Positions 36,964 through 45,672 of a stretch of 64,000 bases of DNA are shown here, in pieces. Under the pieces are notes generated by a model. That model did not search any database. It was not told the origin of the DNA and saw only the letters and a list, made by a program, of their open reading frames with translations. A program made the position numbers and the translations under genes. The DNA comes from Candidatus Zhuqueibacterota bacterium (GTDB lineage Bacteria; Zhuqueibacterota; Zhuqueibacteria; Oleimicrobiales; Geothermoviventaceae). Location: contig JAPDPT010000005.1 in the NCBI GenBank assembly GCA_034506315.1, positions 36,653-100,652 of the forward strand. The letters are read 5' to 3'. Each line of letters starts with the position of its first letter. Position 1 is the stretch's first letter.

Positions 36964-39213
36964 TCACCGGCCGACACCCAGCTCGAACTGGGCCGACAGC
37001 GGGCCCACAGAGACCCTGAAATCGCCAGGCTCAACGTTTGGACGGTTGTCCAGACCGATAAACGCCAGATCGTCCTTCGTCAGACGGAACAGGACTGTCT
37101 TCTCCTGACCTGGGGCCAGGCTCACCTTCTCGAAGCGCTTCAACTTCCGAACCGAAGGGGTAACGGAGGCGTAGAGGTCACTCACGTAAAGTTGCACTAC
37201 TTCCGCTCCTTCCCGCGCGCCTACGTTCCGCACCTTGACCCGCACGGTGAGGGTGTCGTTTAGGGACATACGGCTCGGGAAGACTTCGAGGTCCGCAAAT
37301 TCGAATCGGGTGTAGCTCAGACCATGGCCAAAGGGCCACTCCGGGTTGTAACGGTTGTACGGGCCGTTTTCTTCGCTGTACTTGTGATCGTAGAGGGTGA
37401 GGTCGTTTGGATGACGCGGGTAGGTGATGGGCAGCTTCCCGCTCGGATTCACGTCGCCGAAAAGGATGTCCGCTATGGCCTGGCCCCCTTCCAGGCCGGG
37501 AAGGTAGGCCATCAGGATCGCCCTCGCGCCGTCCACGATCCGGCGGATCACACGGGGTCTACCTTCCACAAGTACCACGACGACCGGCACACCGGTTCGC
37601 TCCAGCGCTTCCACCAGTCGGAGCTGCGCCTCGGGCAGGTTGAGATCGAGAATGTTGCCTGGGGTCTCGCAGTAAGGAGCCTCGCCCACACAGGCGATCA
37701 CCACGTCCACTCCTGCTGCGGCCTTCACGGCCGCCTTTACGTCGATCTCGCGATCAAACGTGGCCCCCGGAACGTAACGCACCCTCCTTTCCCCCACTTT
37801 CTGCTGGATGGCCTCCAGGATGGTCAGCTTCTCCTGCGGGTAGAGGTCCTCGCGGTTCCCTTGCCAGGTGATCGTCCACCCGCCGTTCAGACAGCTCAGA
37901 CAATTGGCCGCAGGACCGGTGACCAGTACGCGGGCCGTCTTCTTCAAGGGCAAAAAGTCCCCGGCGTTTTTGAGGAGCGTAATTGATTCTTGCGCTGCCT
38001 GAAGAGCTACTCTCCGGAACTCCCTATGGCCGATCTCTCCCCTGCGCGCCGCATCGGGATAGGGATTCTCGAAGAGCCCGAGCTCGAACTTGAGGCGCAA
38101 GATTCGCCGTACAGCTTCATCGATCCGCGCTTCCGGAACTTCGCCCTCGCGCGCGAGCTCCAGAAGCAGCTCGTAAAAACTGAAATCCTCCGGGACCATA
38201 CTCATGTCCACTCCGGCCAGAACGGCCATTTTCACCGCCTCTTTCTGGGTGGACGCCACGTGGTCCCGGTAGTGCAGGTTGTTGATGTCCGCCCAATCGG
38301 AGACCAGCAGGCCATTGAATCCGAGCTCGCCCCGCAACAGATCGGTCAAGATGAACTTGTTGGCGTGCACCGGCCTCCCGTTGACCTCGCCGCTGTTGGC
38401 CATGACGGTGTGCACTCCTGCTTGGATCGCCGCCCGAAAGGTCGGCACGAAGTACTCCCGCAGCATGTTCTCGGGGATCCAGGCTGGGGTTCGGTCTTTG
38501 CCGGTAAGAGGGAAGCTGTAACCGAGATAGTGTTTCGCACAGCCTGCGACCCGGCCCGGCGCCGCCACGTAGTTGTCTTCCCCTTCGAGACCCTTCACGT
38601 AGGCCGCCCCCATGGTTGCGGCGAGGTAGGGATCTTCCCCGAAGGTCTCGAAGAGCCGAGGCCAGAGGGGCTGGCGTCCGATGTCCAGGACCGGTGAGAA
38701 GTTCCAGGGGATCCCGCAGGCTCGCACCTCAAAAGCCGTGATCTCTCCGTTCTTCCGCACGAGCTCCGGGTTCCAGGTGGCCGCCATCCCAAGGTTGTGC
38801 GGGAAAATTGTGGCGCCGACTGTGTAGTTTGCTCCGTGGACGGCATCGATCCCGTACAGGATGGGGATACCGAGCCTTGACTCCTTGGTGGCCACATCCT
38901 GAATCTGGGTGATGATGCGATGCCACTGATCCACCGTGTAGGCGGCGTTCACCACATTGAGGATCGAGCCCACATGGTAGTCCAGTATGGCCCTGCGCAG
39001 CTTCTGGGGGTCAAGTACATCGTCCGAAGAGTCCGCAGCGACCACCTGAAGGGTCACCTGCGTCATTTGTCCCACTTTCTCTTCCAGCGTCATCTGGCGC
39101 AGTAGATCATCCACCTTGCGCTCGATTTCCTCGCGGCTGGGACGATCGGACCCCACCGCCTGGCTTCCGAAAAGCAGGACCATACCCAGTGCGCAGATCC
39201 AAGCATTCTTCAT
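36964..39213 (-). CDS. GH3 family beta-glucosidase (BglX-like), periplasmic/secreted
   Basis: GIPILYGIDAVHGANYTVGATIFPHNLGMAATWNPEL and the catalytic nucleophile context GFNGLLVSDWADI (SDW) are present, along with C-terminal GH3 domains. Signal peptide MKNAWICALGMVLLFGSQAVG from the ATG at 39211-39213. Confidence 0.9.
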   Translation of the reverse strand: MKNAWICALGMVLLFGSQAVGSDRPSREEIERKVDDLLRQMTLEEKVGQMTQVTLQVVAADSSDDVLDPQKLRRAILDYHVGSILNVVNAAYTVDQWHRIITQIQDVATKESRLGIPILYGIDAVHGANYTVGATIFPHNLGMAATWNPELVRKNGEITAFEVRACGIPWNFSPVLDIGRQPLWPRLFETFGEDPYLAATMGAAYVKGLEGEDNYVAAPGRVAGCAKHYLGYSFPLTGKDRTPAWIPENMLREYFVPTFRAAIQAGVHTVMANSGEVNGRPVHANKFILTDLLRGELGFNGLLVSDWADINNLHYRDHVASTQKEAVKMAVLAGVDMSMVPEDFSFYELLLELAREGEVPEARIDEAVRRILRLKFELGLFENPYPDAARRGEIGHREFRRVALQAAQESITLLKNAGDFLPLKKTARVLVTGPAANCLSCLNGGWTITWQGNREDLYPQEKLTILEAIQQKVGERRVRYVPGATFDREIDVKAAVKAAAGVDVVIACVGEAPYCETPGNILDLNLPEAQLRLVEALERTGVPVVVVLVEGRPRVIRRIVDGARAILMAYLPGLEGGQAIADILFGDVNPSGKLPITYPRHPNDLTLYDHKYSEENGPYNRYNPEWPFGHGLSYTRFEFADLEVFPSRMSLNDTLTVRVKVRNVGAREGAEVVQLYVSDLYASVTPSVRKLKRFEKVSLAPGQEKTVLFRLTKDDLAFIGLDNRPNVEPGDFRVSVGPLSAQFELGVGR

Positions 39214-39236
39214 CGCCATCCCCTTGCCTTTCAGCC

Positions 39237-42209
39237 CTACTTGAGCACAAGCCACTTCCTGACCTCCACGGAGCCTCCCAGTGCAGCCTTCAGCAGATAC
39301 ACCCCCGTCGGTAGCCGATCCGCGCCCTCTAGGACCTGGCCAAGAGCCAAACGGAGGCGACCGGCCTTGGCCCTGAGTGGGGCGGACTCCATCACTTTCC
39401 TGCCTCGGAGATCAAACACGGCAATCGCCACTTCCCCCTGATGTGGCACGGCAAGCTGCAGATAGCAATCGTCTGCCCTGCAAGCCGAAGGCCTCCAGGG
39501 GTTGGGATAGAGACTCTCAATGGCAAACCGTCGCGGGATTTGCTGCGGGGAGGATTCGTTCTCCGCACCAGAAGGGCCACGGTAGATCTTCAGGCCGTAC
39601 CACACGGTGCGGTCTTTGGCCTGGTCCAGCTCGATCCGGAACCGACCGCCCACCACGGGCGCCCGCCACGAGCGCGCCAGCTCGGACTCGCCCTTGCGCG
39701 AGAGCGGGAAAATCCGCACGGAGTCCGCCGGAGTGGCAAGCTCCAGGACCACGCGCCGGGGCTCTACAAACGTGGGAGGCCTCCCCCATTGGTCATGGAC
39801 CGTACGCACGCCATCCCAGATCATGCCGTCATTCTGCACCCGGGAGGCCAAGGCTACAAGTACGCGATTGGTCGAATCGAAGGGCAAGCTGTCCACACAA
39901 ACAGCCGTCAGGGTCGTAAACCCGTCTGCGGACACCACCCTCCACGGACCGGTCTCCAAGCCTGCAAAGCGATCCAGCATCCCCGTGAAGGCCAAGAAGC
40001 GCGGACTAGCCACCCGCAGAAGGCCCAAGGGGTCCCACAGGATCTCTCCCGTATCCGAAAGGTACGGAGGACCGGACACGGCCGGAAGATGGCTCGCATC
40101 CAGGGGGGAGGGGCTCTGGAAGTCCACATTGCGCAGGCTATGGAGTAGGGCCAAACGCGGGTCCACAGGGGAGGGACCTTCCCATCCTCGGTAGCCCCGG
40201 CTTGGCTCCAGCAGCACATCCTCCCTATAGCTGTAGGCCAACGGAATCACCTGCCGCGCGGGCGCGACAAACCCCGCCCGGAGAGCGAGGGCGCAGGTGG
40301 GCATGTGAGCCATAATCGCTGTATTTCGGTGGTCGCTGAAAAAGCCGCGGACCAGATCGGTCTCCCAGTCGTCGCTGGTGCTCGCGTACTCGAAGAACAT
40401 GAAGCCGTCCGCGTCGTGGAACGCCGAGTAGGCCGTGATGAAGACCACGCCCTCCGTCTGATAGCGATTGGGGAAGGGATGGTCGTATTCACTGACTGTG
40501 TAAGGCTTGCCGGCCCAGGCTCTCCCGGCAAACAGCCGGCCGATTGTGGCGCCATTCGTCTCGAGCACCATCGCCGTGTTGTTGATGAACCAATCCACGG
40601 GTGACCAGGGCTCTCCTGGAAACTGAGGGTGGTCCCAGTACGCATGGTTGTCCACGTAATCCGCCTGCGACTGCACGTAGAGGTCCACCAACCCGAAGTT
40701 CCAGTTCGTGCGCACGATCGGCACCTTGACGCCGACCTCCGTTCGGAGGTAATTCTCCATGTCCGAGAAGAAACTCTCCTGGAGGCGGATGTAGAATTCC
40801 GTCTGGTCGGCTACCCGCGCGTCGCTGTAGGAGGGGCAGGCAGAGAAGGGGATGCGCCGCACCGTGCCTGCTTCGAGGCGCTCATCCTCAGCAAGACCAT
40901 AGCGAAGGCCTTCGTAGAGGTGCAGATCGTCAAACCAGTACGTACCTCGGGAGGCCCCCAGGAAAAAGCTCACCCGGAGATTGGTGTACTCCTGATCGGG
41001 CCTCCAGCTCATCGAAAAGGTCTGCCAATTGGGTTCGAGACGGAAACGACCGTAGGCGTACGTCGTCCAGGGGTCCGCGTTTTTCATGATGACCACGGTG
41101 ATGTCGCGGGGCGCGTCGGCTCGAGCCAGGAACTGCAGGACGTAGACGGAGTCCCTGTGCACGGCCAGACCGGCCTGCTGCCATTGCACGTGCCAGTCCA
41201 CGCCGTCTGTGGCCGTTACCACGACCCGTGCCGAGAGCCTTCCTTCCGCGGGGTCGGATGTGTCCACTGCCTGGTTGGCGGCTGCTGGGGAATGCACTTC
41301 GAGTCTCCAATTGCGAAGCGCCGGATCGCTATCGATCGTTCCGCCCTTCAGGAGATCGCGAGCAGCTCGCAGCTCGGCACCCCCCCACGCAAGACGCAGG
41401 TTCTCGGTGCTCCCGTACTTGTCCCTTAGAAACTGGCACCAAAGGCTGTCCAGAAGCCGGGCGTGGTAGTAGGTCAAGTTACCCCCCTCTCGAATGGGGG
41501 CCAGCAGGTCCTGACGCCACATGTAGTAGAGCGAGTTCTCGTTGGTGATCTCCACCATGGCCATCACCGGGTCGTCCTTCAGCGGGAGACGGGTGTAAGG
41601 GTTCACGTGGGTCAGGAGCTGGCGCGCGTATTCCTTCTGAAGCTCGATCAGACGGCGATCGAAGAGGCTAACCCCCTTGGCGAAATCGCGCAACGAATCA
41701 GCGTAGGGAACGCCGTCCTCCCTCCGGAAGGTACGGCTCACGTGAAGATTGACGTTGACGCGAATGCCATTGCGCTTCAGGTGAGCGATCAGATACTCCA
41801 GCCTGTCCAGCGTGACCGGGTTCAGGTGTCGTGTGTCAGAGCCCTGCTGAAACAGACTGCCCGGGCTCCACGGATTGTCCATGTGGTGCAGGCGGACCAG
41901 ATTGAAACCCATCTTTCGCAGCCGGGCCGCAATCCAGGGGGCCTTCGACTTGACCGGGAAGCAGCCATCGGCCACCAGATTCGTGCCGAAGAAGCGGAGC
42001 CGCTTGCCGCCTGCGGCGAAGTGGCCCTCCCCGTTGATGGTGACGAATTCGCCTGGACGGACAGCCTCGCTAAACGAGGGCCAACACTCCTGGAACGAAC
42101 TGTCCTCGGGCGGAAGGTAGAACGAGAATCCCCCGGTGAACTCCTGAGGAAAGGCCAGCCCCACCGCAACGAACAGCCCCGTTACCGCGATGGTAACCGC
42201 TCTGGTCAT
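39237..42209 (-). CDS. Large clan GH-A (GH5-like) glycoside hydrolase with T9SS C-terminal sorting domain
   Basis: The (beta/alpha)8 N-terminal region NLVRLHHMDNPW ... VMAMVEITNENSLYY has an NE acid/base-like strand-4 motif as in GH5. About 990 aa with beta-sandwich C-terminal modules. The C-terminus ...GVYLLKAALGGSVEVRKWLVLK is a T9SS CTD. ATG at 42207-42209 (MTRAVTIAVTGLFVAVGLA). Confidence 0.6.
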   Translation of the reverse strand: MTRAVTIAVTGLFVAVGLAFPQEFTGGFSFYLPPEDSSFQECWPSFSEAVRPGEFVTINGEGHFAAGGKRLRFFGTNLVADGCFPVKSKAPWIAARLRKMGFNLVRLHHMDNPWSPGSLFQQGSDTRHLNPVTLDRLEYLIAHLKRNGIRVNVNLHVSRTFRREDGVPYADSLRDFAKGVSLFDRRLIELQKEYARQLLTHVNPYTRLPLKDDPVMAMVEITNENSLYYMWRQDLLAPIREGGNLTYYHARLLDSLWCQFLRDKYGSTENLRLAWGGAELRAARDLLKGGTIDSDPALRNWRLEVHSPAAANQAVDTSDPAEGRLSARVVVTATDGVDWHVQWQQAGLAVHRDSVYVLQFLARADAPRDITVVIMKNADPWTTYAYGRFRLEPNWQTFSMSWRPDQEYTNLRVSFFLGASRGTYWFDDLHLYEGLRYGLAEDERLEAGTVRRIPFSACPSYSDARVADQTEFYIRLQESFFSDMENYLRTEVGVKVPIVRTNWNFGLVDLYVQSQADYVDNHAYWDHPQFPGEPWSPVDWFINNTAMVLETNGATIGRLFAGRAWAGKPYTVSEYDHPFPNRYQTEGVVFITAYSAFHDADGFMFFEYASTSDDWETDLVRGFFSDHRNTAIMAHMPTCALALRAGFVAPARQVIPLAYSYREDVLLEPSRGYRGWEGPSPVDPRLALLHSLRNVDFQSPSPLDASHLPAVSGPPYLSDTGEILWDPLGLLRVASPRFLAFTGMLDRFAGLETGPWRVVSADGFTTLTAVCVDSLPFDSTNRVLVALASRVQNDGMIWDGVRTVHDQWGRPPTFVEPRRVVLELATPADSVRIFPLSRKGESELARSWRAPVVGGRFRIELDQAKDRTVWYGLKIYRGPSGAENESSPQQIPRRFAIESLYPNPWRPSACRADDCYLQLAVPHQGEVAIAVFDLRGRKVMESAPLRAKAGRLRLALGQVLEGADRLPTGVYLLKAALGGSVEVRKWLVLK

Positions 42210-42219
42210 AGCTCCTGCC

Positions 42220-45200
42220 CTATCTGACAAGCACGAGCTTCACACTCCGCACGTACTCCTCCGAGCCGCGCGCCGCCCTGATCCTGCACACGTAGACTCC
42301 CGAGGGGAGCCCGCGCGGGGACCACCGGGCCAGGTGCCACCCTGCTGCCTGGGGACCGTCGAAAAGTCGCTCCACCTCGCGTCCCCGCGAGTCGAACACC
42401 TGGACGGTAACCCGGGCTGGCCACGGGAGCCGATACCGCAGCGCCGTCGCTTCATTAAAGGGGTTCGGACAACCGGGTAGCAGAGTGAAATGGCCCGGGG
42501 CAACGCTGGCCTCCGGAGGAGATTCTGTGCCGCTTGTTCCAGCGAACGGGTCTTTGATTTCCAGGAGAAGCTCCCAGATGGCCCGGGGTCGCTGATACTG
42601 GGGAGCGCGGTACCTCCGGGGATCGCTGAAATGCCATGCTTCTGGGGTGTTGAAAAAGTAAGCGGTCTCCTCATTGACCCAGGTCTGGTAGTACACGCCG
42701 TAGGCGGTCTGCAGAGCCCGCTGACACAGGAGCTCGTCGCCCAGTTCCTTGCCCCAGTGGTACATCATGGCCGCGACGAAGTAGCTGCTGCCCGTCCACA
42801 CCTCATCTGCCTGGCCATTGCCCACGGCGGTGCCATCGGGCCTGCGGCCGTTCACGGCGCCCATGTCCCCCACCCCGTCACCCGTGAAGTCGCGGAGCGG
42901 AGCCACGCACAGCTCGAAAACCTTGTGGAGATGGGAGGCCATGCGCTCCGGAGGCAAGATCGGGGGCAAACCGTTCGTCTCGCAGTACCGGCTGCCGTTG
43001 AGCCCATCGGCCATGATTACGTCCGAGGTCTGATCCAGACGATAGTAGCCCCCTCCTTCCACCCAGAGAATCGCGTTCGCGGCTACTCGGGCGAGGGAAA
43101 GTCGGCGGCGCACATCGTTCAGAAGCACGCCGTCTCCTTTTTCCTCGGCCAGCTGCTCCAGTGCCTCCAGCGCTCCGATCCACAATCCGCTGGCCAAGAG
43201 ATTGTCTCCGTGAAATCCCCAGGCATCGTAGGTCGTGTTGCCAACATCGGGCAGGCCGTTGCCATTGGTGTCCTTGGTTTTCATGTACGCGAAGGTTTTC
43301 TTGCACGCCGGCCAGACGAAGTCGAGGAACGCGCGATCGCGTGTCGTACGGTAGTAGGCGTAGACCTGCTGGATGAACTTGCTGGGCATATCCTGCCAGT
43401 CGCCGCCGTAGCCGCTGAACCGGAAGAACGGGTCCTGGCTTGGCATTCCGGCGTCGTGAGGAGCTTTCCCGTCCGGATCGTTGGCGATGTAGTCCGCGAA
43501 CCAGCGCAGCACATCCCTTTCAATCTCCGGCCAAAGCACTAAGTAATGGCGGCACTCGTAGTGCCGGACGTCGAAGGTTTCGCAGAAGGGGTAGGCCTGG
43601 CACTCCATGGAGAAGTACTTGTGGTCGGAGGGCGGAAGCGTGCCGTAGGAGGACTCCTCCGGCTTCGTGAGGCAACCGTTTTCCCAGAACACGCCGCCGA
43701 AGGTATCGTAGTAGAGTTCGTTCAGGGCAGCCTGCTTGAGCCAGTCGGGGTAACACGGTTCGGACAGGATCCTGTCCTGCCAGGCGTCCACCATCGCCTC
43801 CCAGTTGGTGTAGTTTCTCAGAGCTTCGGAGGCGATGTCGAAGGAGTTGTCGGCCTGGGTGTCAAAGTACTCTGTATAGCGGCGGTACCACTGGGTGCCC
43901 GCTCCGAATTCCACGATCGGGAAATCCCATGCCAGAGCAAAGGGCACACTCCATACCTCTCCCGGAGCCAGGCGTTTCCGAACGGCAATCGCCGCTGCTT
44001 CGGCGTCCGGATGGAGGCTGCGATTGCTGAGGAGCCCGTCGTCCCCGAAGTCGGTGTAGAAATCCGCGCCGTCGCCTCGTCCGTTCCAGGAGGTGCAGTA
44101 GCTCACCTCCTCCTCGGGGCTGAGGCGGCGGGTGGCAATGCACCACTCCGTCCCCTCCGTGGCGCGGCGGTTGGACGGACTGGTCGCGTCGAGGATCACT
44201 CCGAGGATATCGCCCTCCGTCCGCAGCACAGATCGCTTTCCGTAGCGTGGCCAATCCCCGTAGTCTGCATTGGGAAACGTAAGGGCAAAGGCTACCCGAA
44301 CCGTCTCGGTCGTCGCGTTGCGCACCACCGCTTCGAACACAGCCACCGGGAAGCTGCTCTCCCGGTAATTGTGAGGAATCACGGGCGTGAAGTGCCGCAG
44401 CGCCACCTCCACAGGCAGACCGTGGTACAGGAACCAGGCTTTGGGGTAGAGGGCAGCGTATATCCCTTCGCCGGGAAGTAGGCGTCGCCAGGCAGGCAGG
44501 ACATCCTCCGTGGCCAGGGTCGCCACCTGCGGCGCCTGGTGCCCCTGTTGGATCCACAAGTGGAATGCCCCGGCCGAGAGGAATTTCTCTTCGTGCAGCC
44601 CGGTCCGGAATTCCCACGGACCGAAGGTGCCGCACAGGTTGAACATGAAGTTGCCAGCCCCGATCCCACCCAGGGGGACTCCCCGTTTCGCATGGCCCGT
44701 AGCCCCGACCGGGTAATCTCCGATGGGCCGCGTCCAGGCAACCTCCGGGATCCTGGCCAGCTGCTCGGAAGGACGGCTGGCGATCACGGTTACCGGCTCG
44801 CTCCACGGACTGGCGTTGCCGAACACGTCCAGAGCGCGCACGCGGTAGCGGTAGGTTCGACCAACGACCACGGCGCTGTCCGCTGCGCGCACAATCGCAC
44901 TAACGCCTTTGATGATCTCTGGACCAAGCGCCTCCCACGCGCCTTCTTCCCCCACAGCTCGCTGGAGCTGGTAGCCGTCGAGGTCGGGCTCTCGATTGCG
45001 TTTCCAAGAAAGCCAAATCCTGCCCTGCCAGAAGGAGCCACGCAGCCCTTCTGGGACCGAGGGAGGCTGGTCGTCGGGCACGGCAGGAACGATGGCGATG
45101 GCTGCGAACTTGGCATAGTCCACCTTGACCTCGGGGACGGTGATGTCGATGCGGCCGTCGCGGACCCGCACAAAGACGGAGGTGTCTAACGCGGCATCGT

Positions 45201-45645
45201 GTCCAACCTGGGAGAAGATGTCGAAGTCATCCAGGAAGAGCAGCCCGTTGACGGCGACATCGAAGACCCGACGACCCGGTGCTGTCCAGTAGAGCTCGCA
45301 GAACTTGAACAGGATCCGGTACACCCCATTGTCCAGCCCCTCGTACCGGTAATGGAGATCCGGCCCGTAGCGTTCGGTACGATAGAGCTCGTCGTCGAGG
45401 GTACCGGAGATTTCGTCCGCCGTAGTCGCCGTGCCGACGCCTGCGCTCAGATAGCCCCAGCTTCCGGGGCGAAAGGCCCGATCGGCCTCCCACAGTTGAC
45501 CTGCTCGGTCCCGGTAAGCCACGGCCGTCCCGCAGCGGTGTCGGATCTCGACCGCCCACCCCGTGCTCATGGTCCACGCGACTACGAAGACGGCAACCCA
45601 CCGGGCAGCTGTTGACCAACGGACTCTACCCGACACCCCGCGCAT
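42220..45645 (-). CDS. GH116-family beta-glucosidase (GBA2/glucosylceramidase-like) with N-terminal malectin-like (CBM57-like) and FN3 domains and a T9SS CTD
   Basis: RGVPLGGIGAGNFMFNLCGTFGPWEF is the characteristic GH116 N-domain motif. The malectin-like stretch is YRILFKFCELYWTAPGRRVFDVAVNGLLFLDDFDIFSQVG. An FN3-like segment (...GRIWLSWKRNREPDLDGYQLQRA...) follows. The C-terminus ...SGVYVCRIRAARGSEEYVRSVKLVLVR is a T9SS CTD. The ATG at 45643-45645 has an AGGAG RBS 9 nt upstream. Confidence 0.7.
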   Translation of the reverse strand: MRGVSGRVRWSTAARWVAVFVVAWTMSTGWAVEIRHRCGTAVAYRDRAGQLWEADRAFRPGSWGYLSAGVGTATTADEISGTLDDELYRTERYGPDLHYRYEGLDNGVYRILFKFCELYWTAPGRRVFDVAVNGLLFLDDFDIFSQVGHDAALDTSVFVRVRDGRIDITVPEVKVDYAKFAAIAIVPAVPDDQPPSVPEGLRGSFWQGRIWLSWKRNREPDLDGYQLQRAVGEEGAWEALGPEIIKGVSAIVRAADSAVVVGRTYRYRVRALDVFGNASPWSEPVTVIASRPSEQLARIPEVAWTRPIGDYPVGATGHAKRGVPLGGIGAGNFMFNLCGTFGPWEFRTGLHEEKFLSAGAFHLWIQQGHQAPQVATLATEDVLPAWRRLLPGEGIYAALYPKAWFLYHGLPVEVALRHFTPVIPHNYRESSFPVAVFEAVVRNATTETVRVAFALTFPNADYGDWPRYGKRSVLRTEGDILGVILDATSPSNRRATEGTEWCIATRRLSPEEEVSYCTSWNGRGDGADFYTDFGDDGLLSNRSLHPDAEAAAIAVRKRLAPGEVWSVPFALAWDFPIVEFGAGTQWYRRYTEYFDTQADNSFDIASEALRNYTNWEAMVDAWQDRILSEPCYPDWLKQAALNELYYDTFGGVFWENGCLTKPEESSYGTLPPSDHKYFSMECQAYPFCETFDVRHYECRHYLVLWPEIERDVLRWFADYIANDPDGKAPHDAGMPSQDPFFRFSGYGGDWQDMPSKFIQQVYAYYRTTRDRAFLDFVWPACKKTFAYMKTKDTNGNGLPDVGNTTYDAWGFHGDNLLASGLWIGALEALEQLAEEKGDGVLLNDVRRRLSLARVAANAILWVEGGGYYRLDQTSDVIMADGLNGSRYCETNGLPPILPPERMASHLHKVFELCVAPLRDFTGDGVGDMGAVNGRRPDGTAVGNGQADEVWTGSSYFVAAMMYHWGKELGDELLCQRALQTAYGVYYQTWVNEETAYFFNTPEAWHFSDPRRYRAPQYQRPRAIWELLLEIKDPFAGTSGTESPPEASVAPGHFTLLPGCPNPFNEATALRYRLPWPARVTVQVFDSRGREVERLFDGPQAAGWHLARWSPRGLPSGVYVCRIRAARGSEEYVRSVKLVLVR

Positions 45646-45672
45646 CGGTCGTTAGGCTCCTATCGGAAGGCC

